In this document: positions 1-14,019 of the stretch, in pieces | How positions within the stretch are numbered: position 1 is the stretch's first letter | How the letters are laid out: the number at the start of each line of letters is the position of its first letter | Assembly: GCA_973895155.1 (NCBI GenBank) | Contig: OZ316895.1 | Coordinates: 11,430,858-11,494,857, forward strand | Source: Marsupella aquatica | Taxonomy: Eukaryota > Plantae > Marchantiophyta | DNA length: 64,000 nucleotides | Direction of reading: 5' to 3' | Position numbers and translations under genes: made by a program | The notes under the pieces: generated by a model | Told to the model about the DNA's origin: nothing | What the model saw: the letters and a program-made list of their open reading frames with translations, nothing else | Database searches by the model: none

Positions 1-3000
1 CAGCGAAGAATCGGAGCAGGAGAGCTGCTGCTGCTGCTCGTGGTGGAGTTGTGCGAATGAGCGTGAGCACTACGGAGATTGCTCCGAGTGACACTCTGTT
101 TGCTGACTACAAGCCCTCCACCGCCTTCCTTTTCCCGGGCCAAGTAATCAATTGTTCTTTCCTGCTACCATTTGTTTCTGATTTATCTGAATTTTCTGGT
201 CTTAGGTGTTGTTTCTTTACCTTCTTGTTTAGATTTGGCTTCAATCGCCTTGATCAATGAAACGTTTCCACGTTGCGTTTGGGACAAAATCGATTGTCAC
301 TTCTTTTTCTCGCCTTGATCTCTCTGCATGCATAGTAAATGCCACTTTTGGGTTTTCCAGAACAGGGGATTCAGTAAATTTATTTTCTCTGCAAATCGTT
401 TTCATGCTCGTTCTCTACCAATCATCTTGGTGGGCTACGAAATTCAAAGCCTCTAACCAGGATGAAAATTGCTCCACCCTTCACTGATGCAATAATTATT
501 TACAAGCAAAGTACGATGCTAGGTGCTACAATTTTACCATCGTCAGGCTCTGATTCTATCTCTGCAAAGGTTCTACTATTCTTCTATTTACCAGGGGCCA
601 AGGCAAAGCTTTCTGTGTAGGGCCATATAGTCGACTTGTGGACCTCGGACATTTGAATGGCACTGCAATCTTGAAGAATTCTTGCAGTGTAGTGGAAATT
701 CTTCCCTAATTTCTCTGCCTCCTACGACAATTCATCAGCTTCATAAACAAACTGTCTCAGTTTATTTCTTGCCCTCTATTCCCCCTTGCGGTAACATGGT
801 TCAAAAATTGATGAGCCCCTTCTTGCTCACACAGGGTGCACAAGCCGTAGGCATGGGCAAAGAAGTCGAGACTGTTCCAGCTGCTGCCGCTCTTTATGCC
901 AAAGCGGCTGAAATATTAGGGTGAGCCTATATTTGATGAACCTTGTCTGTTCACCAGTTGTTTAGTACGGCTGTTCCCAGTAGATAAATTAACAAGTCCG
1001 CTCCTCTTTTTAACACTGGCTATTTGTGCTGAGCTTTAGTCTTAGACCTTGAAAGGCTTCTTGCTGAAGAGAATTATTGTATCCGTGATGATGGGGGCAG
1101 TTATGACCTTTTGGACGTATCGATAAATGGACCAAAGGAGAAGTTGGACTCAACAGTTATCAGCCAGGTATCTTTTTCTCTACTTTCTCTCGTATTAGAA
1201 GTATGTTTGAGAAGATGAAAAGAGCAAACTCAAATTTTCCTGCCAGTATGATATGTTTTGCTGTCTTAGATTCACTCGTCAACTCAGAGGCGTGTGCTGC
1301 CTTTCTTTCTCCTCATAGATATCTCAGTCGGAAAACTACTACCAGACATTAGAACTGGAGTTTTGTTCAGTCTGATGTTCGCTTCTAAAGAATTACTCGC
1401 AACGACCTGGAGACTTTAGCTTACACTCAAACTGCTGCAATTGCAGCCTGCTATATATGTCGCTAGCCTTGCCGCTGTAGAGGCCTTGAAAGCAAGAGAA
1501 GGAGGTCAAGCGATTATTGATTCTGTCAACGTTGCTGCGGGATTGAGTCTCGGAGAATACACTGCTCTTGCATTTGCTGGAGCCTTCAGGTTGGTCGTAC
1601 TGCGCCTTTCGTTTTTGGTTGAGGTCTTTACTGAGGGAGCGTCCAGAGGATGGGCACAATCTTACAGAGGGCAAATGGAATATGATGGCCTGCCGCAGAT
1701 TTTTTCTTTAAGTCTTATGCTTCAGCTGTCTCTTACTAGTTCTTCGCTAGAAGTCATTGTGGTGCCCAAAGCTGTTCAAATATGGAGTCTTTCCCATGCT
1801 GATACGTGTGTGGTGCTGTTTCAGTTTTGAGGATGGTTTGAAACTTGTGAAGATCCGAGGAGAAGCAATGCAGGTTAGTCACCTGCACATCATTATGGGC
1901 CCCTTGATAAAAGGCATACTAGATTCTGTTGGCATTGTCTTCGAGGCCAACAATTTAGCGTTGCTTCGCAGGTAATTTCGACATCGTGCGGGAGGCCTCG
2001 GCAACTCACCATTGCAATCTCATTGTATGTATTGACAATTTTGTGTATTCTTTTGCAGGCAGCAGCAGATGCTACCCCAAGTGCAATGGCTAGTGTAATT
2101 GGTTTAGATTCTGAGAAAGTAGCCGCTCTGTGTGAAGCTGCCAACGCAGAAGTTAGCGAGGAGGAGAGAGTCCAAATTGCCAACTTTCTTTGTCCCGTGA
2201 GTTTTTTCTGATTTTTTCTTTGTTTCCAAGTCCACTTCGAATCGTTCCTTCCTGTGCGCGTTAGCCCACTTGATGTTGCAGTCCTTATTCTACGGTGTCT
2301 TAAGTCGCCGTTTCCGCAGGCTACAACAGATGCAACTTGATCTGATTTTGAAGTCTGTGGCTACAAGTTCCATCAGTTCCCAGTCTGATGTTCCAGGCGG
2401 CGTTTGTTTTACAGTTGGACTAATTGCTCGTCCCGGTATGATCAGGGCAACTACGCAGTTTCAGGGGGTGTGAAAGGTATTGAGGCAGTCCAAGCAAAGG
2501 CCAAGTCATTCAAAGCACGAATGACGGTAACTCTCAGCATTTTTTCATTTAAAACATTTTCAATCTCCGCCTTTTCACAACGACAGCAGTGTCTTTTCCT
2601 GGCAACGTTAAGTTTAGGTAGAACCTGATTGTCGTGTATCAGCTCACCAGGAAGTGGATTGACTGGACTCTTTGCACGTTCCTGAGAATAGTTTGTACTA
2701 TTGCCAGGTTCGGCTGGCAGTGGCAGGGGCATTCCACACACGATTCATGAGCCCAGCTGTTGCAAAGCTAGAGGCTGCCCTGGCTGCAACAGAAATTAAA
2801 GCTCCGAGAATTCCAGTGATCTCTAATGTGGATGGTCACCCACACTCAGATCCAGCGATAATCAAGCAGATCCTGGCAAAGCAGGTATCTTTCTGTTGCT
2901 TGTGCAAAAGTTATCAGTTCAGGTACTAGTTCTGAGACTGATATTGAGCTGGGCAAAGCTTTTTCTCCTTCATAAATGGCTGTCTTCATCCTTGTTCTTA

Positions 3001-3646
3001 AATTTTGCATCAAGATTTCTAGGAACAATAATCAGCTTAACTATAACTAGCCTGACAAATCCTGGTCATGAGCTTTTAGATATTATGAAGTGAGCCATGT
3101 CTCCTTGCAAATTAGTAGGCTCTCCGGGCTGGAAGCTAGGTTGTGGCACAATCTCTTTGACAGCATTATGAAAGTTTTTCATGCGATGTGACTTCCTGGT
3201 TGTTAATCTTTAGGTGACATCCCCAGTTCTGTGGGAGAATACATTAAGTACTCTTTTGGAGAAAGGTCTTCAGAACAGTTATGAGCTGGGTCCTGGCAAG
3301 GTACACCACAGCTTTGCATTTTGTCACATTTACCCTGTTCCCCTTCTCTATTCTTCATCACTTGGCATGCTGAGCTCATCAAGCATAGTTTGTTTCTTGC
3401 GAGTGGTGTATCTCGTGAATGTATGCTGATTTTGACATATGATTGCAAGTCCTGCCATGCACTTTTGGAACCTATAATTTAAGGATGTTTTACGTTACTG
3501 GTTTAGTTACAGTTGTGCTTTGGGAAGAAGTTATACTCGTTATTTAGTTGGTCTAAATTGCAATTGGTTTGTGCTGTGAACAGGTCATTGCTGGCATCAT
3601 CAAGAGAATCAATAAGAGTGCAGAAATTGAGAATATAAGTCTGTAG
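1..3646 (+). CDS. fabD: Plastid malonyl-CoA:acyl carrier protein transacylase (FabD/MCAT), 5' partial. Exons approx <1-143, 835-920, 1101-1167, 1447-1589, 1825-1873, 2059-2196, 2446-2526, 2708-2884, 3214-3300, 3584-3646
   Basis: The spliced translation gives AFLFPGQGAQ, QPAIYVASLA, catalytic GLSLGEY, RGEAMQ, IANFLCPGNYAVSG, AGAFHT, PVISNVD and ELGPGKVIAGI. All introns are GT-AG with compatible phases. An Ala/Arg-rich transit-peptide-like frame is open back to base 3. Confidence 0.96.
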
Positions 3647-5866
3647 ACTAGGAGCACTGCCAACATTTGTACGATTTTGGTATGCCTATTCTTTTGATCT
3701 TTCATATGTAGCATGAGAGCGCGTTGAGTGATATGACTTTGAGCCAAAGAGAAAATTTGTAGGATCGTAGAGGCGAAATGGGAATCTTAGCATCTGGTCA
3801 GCATATCGAAGCCATGTGAGTAATTCAATCCTTCCACTGTTTCATTAGTAATATTTATTGGGTGGCTGCCATATTGAAGCACCTACTGGCTCTCTTGGTG
3901 AAACATGACTTCATTAAACTGGAGGAAGCTTGACTACATTAAAAAGAAAATTTCTATCCCAGCATGTGCGGTTCGCAAAATTATTCTGGAAATAGATCTA
4001 GATGCTCAACCCCAAAGCTGCTCAACCCCAAAGCTGCTCTGACTTGTAAAGTGAACTTTGACTATCAATCTGCAGCCTCACATGAGCTAGGAAGTGCAAA
4101 GGAACGACTTCAGATAATCAAATATTCTGAATAACCTTTCGGTTTATGTTATGGCGTCCATACAAATGGTAGGCAATGCTAAGCGCAGTCTCAGAGGGTT
4201 TTACTGACATTATAAGGCTCCCCATTTTGATCGTAATTCACTAATGACAATCTTCATGTCTTTAGGTTTGCCTCAGATTAGTAAACTCAAGTTTTGTGTC
4301 GACGTACATTTACTTCACGTTATCAAACTGAAGTCCGTGCAAATAAGCAGCAATATCGGGGAAAATTTTACAGGCCGTCTTCAACTATTCATCGGTTCAT
4401 GGTAAGGAGTTACAGGACGTCCCAACCTGTCTACTTTTGAACTGGTTTGACGAATAGTACTGTTAAAGCAGAATGCCCTGACATAAGCAAAGAATAAGGT
4501 TCGGCCAATTTCTGAGTACACTGCATGCGGATTAAGCCGTCCAGCTGTCTGACAGCTTCTCCATAGCGAACAATCTCTCATGGGATGATTCACCCTTTGG
4601 CCTTATCATCAGATCCCAAAGTGGATGCTCGCTAGAACGAATTTGGCATGTGCTTGAAATTGTTTGTCTATCGTCTGCTGTCGTATTTTCCCGAGTTGTA
4701 TGTATTCCGATATTGATAATATTATATTTTCAATCGAGTACCTTTCCTTCAATGGAGTTTTTAATTTCCTACAGCGTACGAAATCTTACAGACCAGACTC
4801 GCACAGTAGAAAGAAATATCTATGAGGAATCTCAGGCACTTGTAAGAGTGGTTAAAAATATATATGTGACGGGTTGAAAGATACGGCACGACAATTGCGT
4901 GCCTCCCAGGAGGGACAACCTATGCGTGTCTTCCAGTAATTGCACATAAAAGGACAATCATTGCCTGTCTTTCAGCAAGTGCGATGTAGTTTATTAGAAT
5001 TGTAGTTTATTAGAATTGTAGTTTAGTAAAAAACAGACCTCAGATTACAAAAAACAGACCTCATTTCTGTTTTTGTAGTCTCCCATTTAATGAATGTCTC
5101 CAGGTTTGGTGTTATTTGGCAATGTGACATACATGTGTGCCATTTTTTACATAGATTTTGTAATTCTAATAAACTACATCGTACTTTTTTGTGGGCTGTC
5201 TCCCTTGTGCTCTCTTTCCTCTCGGATCGTGGGCGCTTTTCGGTTCTTTGCAAAGTGATACATATATTTATGTGATTGCGTCAGTACCACCTCCCCAACT
5301 AAATGTAAGCGTGTCCTCCTGTAGACCTGACGGTTTTCTGAGCAAAGAAGTGTACAGTGTGGGGAAGAGAAATCTCCTTCACACGACCGATCTTCGTCCT
5401 TCCTTTCGATTGACCCACCGCACCGTAGATCGCACCCCAGCTCGCACTCATTGCGCGCTGAGAGGGACAATTTATTGGAAGCTGCATGCACGCCGACGCA
5501 AAACAAATCTCGCCCAAACACATCAGAGTTATCAGTGAAGACTGAAGAGTTGGAGTTCCGATTCATTCATGTAAGCATGAATCGAGGACGTGCCGAGCCA
5601 CACTGACTGCATTATGCTGCAAACTGATCCTCACTGAACCACTTCGAATTTCTTGTTTGTAAAGAAACATTGTGTGGCTCGGTTCGAACAGACTGATGAT
5701 TCGCCTCATTGTTGGTGTCATTTATCTCCTGTACGTGCTTCCTGGATCCTCACCCAGGACGGTTCAATTTCAGGGGGTCTCAAATATGTACCCCTGTTAC
5801 TTTTCTGTGTACTCTTGAATAGTTGAATAGGATTACTCTTTTGTGTACTCTTGAATAGGATAAATA

Positions 5867-6246
5867 CTGTGCACCCTAATTAGTGTCATGCAAAAATTAG
5901 TGTTAGGTATAAAATTAATGTTACTAACACTAATTTTGGGAAAAAATAATATTGAGTCCAAATAACACTAATTTTTGTAAGTTTTCACAATAGATTTTTT
6001 TCACTTGAGCTTAAATTGTTTGTAAAAAATGGATGATCTTTAGTCCAAATTAACACTAATTATTATGTATTTTCCAAAACAATATTTTCTCTCTCTATTT
6101 TGTCACTCTTAAACCAGACTAACACTAATTCATGTGCGCAAAAATAGTGTTAGCACAAAATTAGTGTGACTAACACTAATTCGCGAGTAGACCCTGAAAA
6201 TGGGTGTTCTCGGATTAGTGTTAGTGACACTAATTATGGTGAATAG
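5867..6246. mobile_element. MITE with TA target site (Tc1/mariner-like)
   Basis: TA|CTGTGCACCCTAATTAGTGTCA ... TGACACTAATTATGGTGAATAG|TA forms an imperfect 22-bp TIR. The interior has many AACACTAATT/AATTAGTGTT motifs. Confidence 0.65.
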
Positions 6247-9200
6247 TATAGTTATTTTATTTAAATCAATGAGTGCACACTTTATATTAGCACATTTTTA
6301 TGTGTGATTAAAGGCAGGGGTCCTGAATACGCGGTCTCAAATATGCACTCGTGTTGCTCTTTGGCGAGATAGGGCCAGAGTCTGTAAGGTGACCTATGGA
6401 TGACTTTAAGATTTTCTGAATTAATTTGTTTCAGTCCCTCAATTGCCAAGTTGGGTGGGGGGAAGCGGACACCCAAAATCAAGGAAATCCTGTGCCATGA
6501 GTATGCAGGCTATGCTCAGGCAGCCCACATGTTTTTCAGCCTAGTCTGTGCCGAACGCAGATCCGGACTGCGGTTGGACTCCATGCGGGCTATATTTGAG
6601 ACCCCCTATTAAATAGAGGCATGATTTTATTGCTCCCTCAATCTATTTCTTCTCTGGATCCCCACTCTCTTGGAAATTCTCAGGTTTGTTCTTTTTAGTC
6701 AGATTGGCAAGTGTGGCACTGTGATGGAGAAGATGCTAAGAAGATTCCTTGTCTAATTTCCTTAGATGAATTTTTGACCACTAGATCTTCCTACAATTAA
6801 GGAGAGCTGTCAGATTTTGGCTAATGAGAGAAACTTTAGAAGGACAACATGAAGCCAAAAGTGGCCAAGACTTTTCTGTGAGGTGGATTTAATTTGGCAC
6901 TCTACCTTCTTCTCCGTAGAAGTTAGAGTCAAAACAGTTGAACATAGAATGGTCAAATTTGACAGGTAAAAAATTTAAAATTCAAGTCCAGCGTTTTAAA
7001 GACGTTGATGGACCATTGAAATTCACATGAATAATTCCAAAATATTAGTTTTAATGGCATCTTTCTTTAGTATAAAATCTCACATTTGTGTGTCTTTGGT
7101 CCAAGGGATTGTAAGTTGGTGAACAACATAAATTATTAAAACATGTTTTTTTTGCCTTGAAAGCCAAAAGCAGATCCATCCACAATCCAAGGGAGGATAA
7201 ATGTTCTACCTTGGAATATGCACCACTGCAGGGTAGCCTACAAGGGGGGATAATACCTAGGGATCCAACACTATCAGTAACAGGAAGGAAAGAGGGTTGG
7301 ACCAGGACCACAAAGCGGCCAGCCAGAAGCCAAGGAGAAACCAATACTCCCACCATTACAACCCAACCACACAAACACACATATACCTTCCACACCCCTT
7401 GTATGTTAAGTCATGCTTTTAAACAATATAGAGAGCTCTGCTTCTTGGTCAACTTTACACAATTGTACCAAATTCCACTGAACATCTAAATATTGTCTAA
7501 TGATAAATTGAGCAAAGGCATGAATTTCCCAAGTTTTTTGTGGGTACATGTGGTCACACTTTGGGGTTTTCAAACATTGTTTGGTCAGTTGCTACTGTAT
7601 TTGAAAATGATATAATAGTACTTTAGCTACAACATGGTTAACGATAATGATTTCGACGGACCAACTTGAGGGTGGGTATAGGTCTACCGTTTATGTACTA
7701 GGTGGAGAGGGCCTCAAAATACAGTTGAATGCCCCGAGAGCATACTGAGTTAGCACTGAAATTATACAGTTACCTTGGCTAATCTGCAGGCAAGGACATA
7801 TCCTATCATGCCAAACAGATTTGTGTAGTTTTCGCTTAGCATGCATATCCAACATTCCTCAACGACCAATAGAACCCTCTCAGTAATATCTCAGATCGCC
7901 AGTTACTTTGGATTCACACAGCATGAATAGCATGTGATGCAAGCTTCTTGAGAATAGCATGTCATCCCACATGGAAATCTCAATGTCACTCAAACAACAG
8001 ATTGGATGATATTATAGTACTACTCATAATTAACTTCTATTGCAACAAATTACAAAGAACGGAAGCCAGGTTGATTCTTGAGAAGAACCTCATATAGCAT
8101 GCTTATCCTGGAATATGCTTTACTTTTTGTCTGGCAGTGATATGTAATTGTACAAAATTAGAGAGTAAAACTAGAATACATATTAAATACGAATGAGATA
8201 AAATAATATAAATAAAGCACATACAAATAAAAACACATAGTGACCAATGGAAAGTACAATTAAATTTTATGACACAAAGATGTTACCAATTGTGCATTTA
8301 CTTCAATGTGTCTTATTAATGACACTCATTTCAATAAAAGCCATAAACTTAGGAAAGAAAGTCATGAAGGAAACTTAAGACAAGATGTGTTGACATTACT
8401 TAGAATCATTTCTTTCACTCATGAGAATACTTAAAAGTGGTAGAAAATGAAGCCCTTGGTTTCTCTCTAGGAGATAACAAAGTTTAAAAATTAAGGGGGC
8501 TGCCAAAATACATTAAAAAAATACTATGGGATACCAAAAATTTAAAGGGGTCCAAAAATGGATTAAAAATCTATATGATACAAAGGATGCCCCTTGTTAA
8601 GGTACATTCAAATAAAAATACATGATACAAAAATATGAATAAGACAAAACATGAAAGTTGGATTCACCATATAGCATTGTCAAAAATTTGTTGATTCTTG
8701 AGAACCTCATTGGTTTACTCAGCCTTTAGTAAATATACTTCATAGTACACATGAGAAGGCCACAGCCATTAATTACATAATGATGCCAAGAGGCCAACCA
8801 AAAATTACTTGCTCTTTAAACCACAGTGGCCATATATATAAGGGGAAGTGTCCAAGATCTCCCATTTTTTCACATTTTGTTTACCTTTCTTTTAAAAAAA
8901 ATCACAAGGGGAATCTGTGAAACCACACAAAAATAGAACAGTCAGTCACAACATTTGAACATTAGACCTACGAGTCTCAACGCAAGCGAGCTACCACACA
9001 GCCATGTCTCTCTGTGCATTTACTTTTCTTCGTTATTGTACTAGTTTGCTCCATGATTTTAGTAAAATGTTACTTTAATAGTAGCTACCAGTCACTTGTA
9101 GCTTTTAAAAGGCAGGTGTGATTTAAGAAACTAGGAGGAAAAACTAGTATCAAATCTGAATGAACGTGAGTCCTTGGACCCACATTACTACCAAAGTTAT

Positions 9201-11773
9201 GCTACCTTGAATTGTTTCACCTGAGCCACTTCCTCCTCCTCCACGTTGACCATCCCCCCCAAAAAAATTCAAATGATTACTCTTAAGTATCTTTAGTGCC
9301 AAACATATATAAAATTGATTGTGCTAACATAAAACTTCACAAATCATTCCAGGGCTTGGATATATAAGAGACTATAAACACAATGGGTCGTCATTGACTT
9401 GCAGTACTCAAGGGTGATGGCATATGATGATTCTTTATGGAGAAAAAAAAAATCATGAATTTGGTAGCACATAAATTTTTTTGTCCCTGATATTAACCTA
9501 CAGTAGTTATTAAAGTACATCAAGTTGGGGCCCCCCTATTATTCCATTCATGCTCCCAGTCTATTGGGAGGGTTCCATCACACAATCCCTCTAGGGGGGG
9601 CGGGGGATTCCTTGCTTCCCAACATCACTGGGATGACTCCAGCACTTCAGACTGTGAGGTGCTTCGTATGTGGTCCCCACTCGACGATTTACCAGTAATC
9701 AGTAATTGAACGATTGTGATTCCAGACCACCAATGGAACTCAGTAAGTTACTCAATTCGTTTTAGTTGCGAGACGAGGGAAATGGCAGGCTAAATTCCAG
9801 AGAGATTGGGAACCATAAAATCAGGTGATTGAGTGCGGACATCATTCAGTACGTTACATTGCGTACAGTCCACATCATTCTAAAGCTTTTGACCCTTCGA
9901 TTTCTTCCTCTCACCATCATTCTTGCCTGAATGGGACGGTCGCGAACTCACTCGCAATGGTGGCTCAAGGTGAAGAAAAACCTCACAATACACAACTCAG
10001 CAAAAAGGCCAGAGAGCAAAGCCAGTGAGAAAGGCAAATCGATTCGATTGCGTGCACTGATAATAACTTGCTGGTGAGGTTTCTTTCCTGTCATCACTCA
10101 TGCGAGGGCGACAATGCTCTCAACTGGGCAAGCACTTTGTGAGTGTAGATTTCTACGCATTCGCGTCATCAATGCGAAATGGGCACGATAGTTTTTATCG
10201 AGAGAATCTGCTGTCTCACCCAATCCAGCTCCGAGGTCTGGACTATATGACTGTGGTCGAATGACCAATGGCGATTGGTCTTGATTCGCCAATACTTTTC
10301 AAAAGCCACTGATGCTGTGGGAGTCTACGAATGGAGATCAAACTCTGCGAATCAAGCACACGTGACCGTAATCTAGAGGTACCATGCGCAGAGTCCCAAA
10401 CTGAGGCAACACGAGAATTTGGAGAGATCGTCTTTCAGGTACCCTCGAGAGATTAGGGGGTTTGAAACCTCATCATTTTATGGACCTTAATTTAATAATT
10501 AATTAGGGTTACACGTACAGAAAATTCTGGATTACCAAATTTATAAACTATAATATTTTGCCTTTGGTAATAATTGGTATCATAAATCATTGTAAAGGCT
10601 ACTAAAATAAAGAAATAAATTTAAAAAGTGTTGTGAAAAATTTAAGATCATTTATTTATGCCAAAAACCATTATCATTAATTTTTGAAGCTTTGAGATAC
10701 CCTACTGGACAATAATATGACCTCTATTTTACAATCAACTTGGCACGTTTTGAATCATGAACAAAATCAAGACAATTATTCCCTGCTAGAAAATGAAGCC
10801 CGGACGGACCTCTATAATAGGTGTGCCAACATGCTCTCATGGATTTCTGCAACTTAGAGGGACCACATTTCATTCACAAGTTCACAAGAGAATCTGTAAC
10901 GGAATTCACAATCTAGGTCTAAGGTTCATGAATAATTTCACATAGAATCTATCCTATAATTCATGGTCATAGTCTACTGTTCATGGCATACTCCCTAGAG
11001 TGAAATGATATGCTGTATTTTATTTTATCTTGTAACATTTTGTAATATTTAGATTATCATTATCCTTGTGAGTAGGGTTGGGAATCAGTGTCTGGATAGG
11101 GGAGCCCTTCATATGTATAGGCAAGGGTACCCTGGCTAATATTCCTACTTACTCCTTCCCAGATGCTTGGTTTCTATGTAGGGTCCAAGGACACATCAGC
11201 ATCCTCCCTACCAGGTTGAGTTAGAAAGCAATGCACTTTGTAGCATCATGTTAGAGGCGCTGTGTTCAAGATTGGGCATTGTGTTGGAGTTTATGCCAAG
11301 GCGTGGGGTAGAAGCTGGCGTTTCTAAAGGCAAATGTTACAACTCACTAACGATCATTTTAACTTGAAAGTTGATCCACTTGCCAAGAACATTGAAGGTT
11401 GCATATTTGCTATATTGAGGTTTGGCTCGACTCCTTGGAGTAAAGTGCTGGCTGGCTCTTGTGTTGGAACAAAAGAACATCAAAGGTTTTGCCCAGGAAG
11501 ATTTCTCATTGCAGTTTTTCACACTCTTGTTGTAATATTTTATTGGTTATATTCCAGTCCAATCACCTCCCCATTTGTGCTCTAATCTAAGTCAAAACTC
11601 TTTTTGCAAAATTGAAGTCAACAAGCTCACCAACAAAGAAAGCTAACGCCTTGAAAAAGATATCACATGGTTCACAATGTCTAACCAAAAATCCAGATAG
11701 AGACCCAAACTTGTAACCATATATATAGAAGAAATATATCCTGTTTCAATTTAAAGTTAGTAATGTTTGAAAA

Positions 11774-13073
11774 TGTTGAGCATAGACGACATTCGCAATG
11801 GCAAGCCCATGAACCATCCAACGCACAATAGTCGACACAGAGAGATACGTGGTTCACCTCCACATGAGGCTACTCCACCGGAACACACAAGAGCTTTACT
11901 GCACTCTAGGCCGATCGGCCATACCAAGCATCCACAGCACAAGCTCTCCCTATCTCTCAACTAGCTCCGTAACAATGAGCCTAAGTTCCACCAGGGTCTG
12001 GCATCAGCCCTGGCTATATACACAACAGCACTACCGCTAACATTAGCTAAGTCCTAACCCAAGTTAGACTAACTGTGGTTAGCTCATGAGTCACAAGACT
12101 AGAGCAATATCTAACAAACTCCCCCTTGACTCTTGTCTTGGGGACTGAACTAAATGCTACCATATGGATCCTCAGCGAGAAGTTCTAGACAATCACCAAA
12201 CCAGGTCTCCCCCTAAAAACCACAAGGGTTAACTAAGGGTTAACTAGAACTAAGCTGTAGCCAAACAGGAATGAGTAATCCATATACAAATAGTCACACA
12301 TTGCTAAATAACTCTACTTGCACTACAACTGCAAAACCTGTAAAGTAGCTGCACGGTGTCTTGAGAAACTCTCCAAATGAACATCTTTGGTAAAGGCATC
12401 AGCGGGATTGAGCTTTCCATCAATCTTGACTAGCTCAAAAGTTTTATCAGACATTGCTTGCCTGATAAAAAGGTATCTGATATCAATGTGCTTCACTCTA
12501 TTATCCATCACCTGGTTAGCAGCCAAGTGAAGAGCACTCTGACTATCACAGTTTAGAGTCATTTTGCCATGCTCTAAACCCATCTCCGCGATCAACTTGT
12601 CCAACCAAATTGCTTCCTTTGCTTCCTTTGCTGCTTCTGCTGCTGCAACATACACTTTGATGATCTGGATTCATTAAAGGACACATCATTCCTGTTTGGC
12701 TACGGCTTAGTTCTAGTTAAGCCTTAGTTAACCCTTGTGGTTTTTAGGGGGAGACCTAGTTTGGTGATTGTCTAGAACTTCCCGCTGAGGATTCCATATG
12801 GTAGCATTTAGTTCAGTCCCCAAGACAAGAGTCAAGGGGGAGTTTGTTAGATATTGCTCTAGTCTTGTGACTCATGAGCTAACCACAATTAGTCTAACTC
12901 GGGTTAGGACTTAGCTAATGTTAGCGGTACTGCTGTTGTGTATATAGCCAGGGCTGATGCCAGACCCTAGTGGAACTTAGGCTCATTGTTACGGAGCTAG
13001 TTGAGAGATAGGGAGAGCTTGTGTTGTGGATGGTTCATGGGCTTGTTGTTGCGAATGTCGTCTATGCTCAACG
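11774..13073. mobile_element. Fold-back Ty1/copia derivative: two 3' ends (3'UTR+PPT+LTR) in inverted orientation around an RNase H fragment
   Basis: Arms 11774-12274 and 12686-13073 are near-identical reverse complements. PPT TCAAGGGGGAG precedes TGTTAG in both arms. GAAAA direct repeats lie at 11769-11773 and 13074-13078. Confidence 0.88.
12323..12655 (-). pseudogene. Ty1/copia RNase H C-terminal fragment
   Basis: YVAAAEAAKEA..IWL, CDSQSALHLAAN, RVKHIDIRY and NPADAFTK are copia RNase H motifs. Confidence 0.93.
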
Positions 13074-13671
13074 GAAAATGGTCATAAGGGTTAAAATAAT
13101 GTATTTGAGTTGTTTGTCAAAGATTGTAATCTGTGGGGGCAATGTTTTCTAGAAGTAATATTTGGATGGATCACTCCCAGGAACCTTGCAACCCGGATGG
13201 ATCAGGTTACTCCTAACCAGAGAAGTATGGAGTGTTTTACAAAGAAATGTGCTAGACACAAGAGGATTTTCTGCAGTTCATCTAGGTTGATTGCTGCATG
13301 TAGGCGTTTGGTCAAATGTTTAAACACATTTGCTATCAGGCAAAGTGAGTTGCTACAAAGGAATTTAAAAACAAATCTAGCTAGCTACTTTCAAGGAAAA
13401 CAACCCTAGCTATTACTGTGTCCCAATAATTACATATCAAAATATGATTACTGTGTGGAATGTCATTCCAGACTATGATAAACACTATTATTTTGTTTAA
13501 AGTGTACATTCCAGACTATGATAAACACTATTATTTTGTTTAAAGTTTATTGTCACCTTTTGATGTGCAATTATTGGGGTGCGCGACTACTTGGCAAATT
13601 AAATTATCCAGATCTGACTTTATAGAGATCTATCAACTATTCCCTTAGTTTTGAGCTTGCCATAACTGCCA

Positions 13672-14019
13672 GAGGGATATGCTCAATAGACCCCCTCCAA
13701 GAGAAACTTTACTTGATCAGCCCCCTCCAAACTTTTTTGTCCCAATCAGCCCCCTCATTATGGCCCGTACCCTTTGCTCCCGTGTAAGGCAGTTTCCCCC
13801 GTGTAAAGGCATTACTGCACAGTTGGGAGCCATGCCACCATGCAAGGTCGCCTCCCGCAGTCGACCACACGACTCCGCTGCAGTCGGGCCGCAACTATGC
13901 AGTTTTGCTCCCCTCGCACTATGGTCCCTTATGAGCGTGAATACATCGTGGTTTATGTCTTCAACAAAATTTCTGTTTTAGGGCGCACATTGTTGGGGCG
14001 CGGTTTAGGGTCAAGCGCG
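13672..14019 (+). repeat. MULE left TIR (~350 bp)
   Basis: Highly similar reverse complement of ~43799-44174. This explains the twin ORFs 13679-13981 and 43865-44167. Confidence 0.93.

Noticed and set aside
9770-10460. CpG-richer segment resembling decayed coding or TE DNA (a similar-looking one lies at 44300-44800)
   Set aside because: No recognisable motif, termini or convincing frame.
10895-11667. Possible Gypsy-type solo LTR (TGTAACGG...ATATCACA)
   Set aside because: No TSD or recognisable PBS/PPT, so boundaries are unsupported.
13464-13547. ~43-bp tandem duplication; similar short duplications near 4003, 4986 and 56357
   Set aside because: Ordinary slippage or repair duplications with no further structure.
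13679-13981. Near-identical 100-aa ORFs at 13679-13981 (+) and 43865-44167 (-)
   Set aside because: They are translations of the MULE TIRs, not a duplicated gene.
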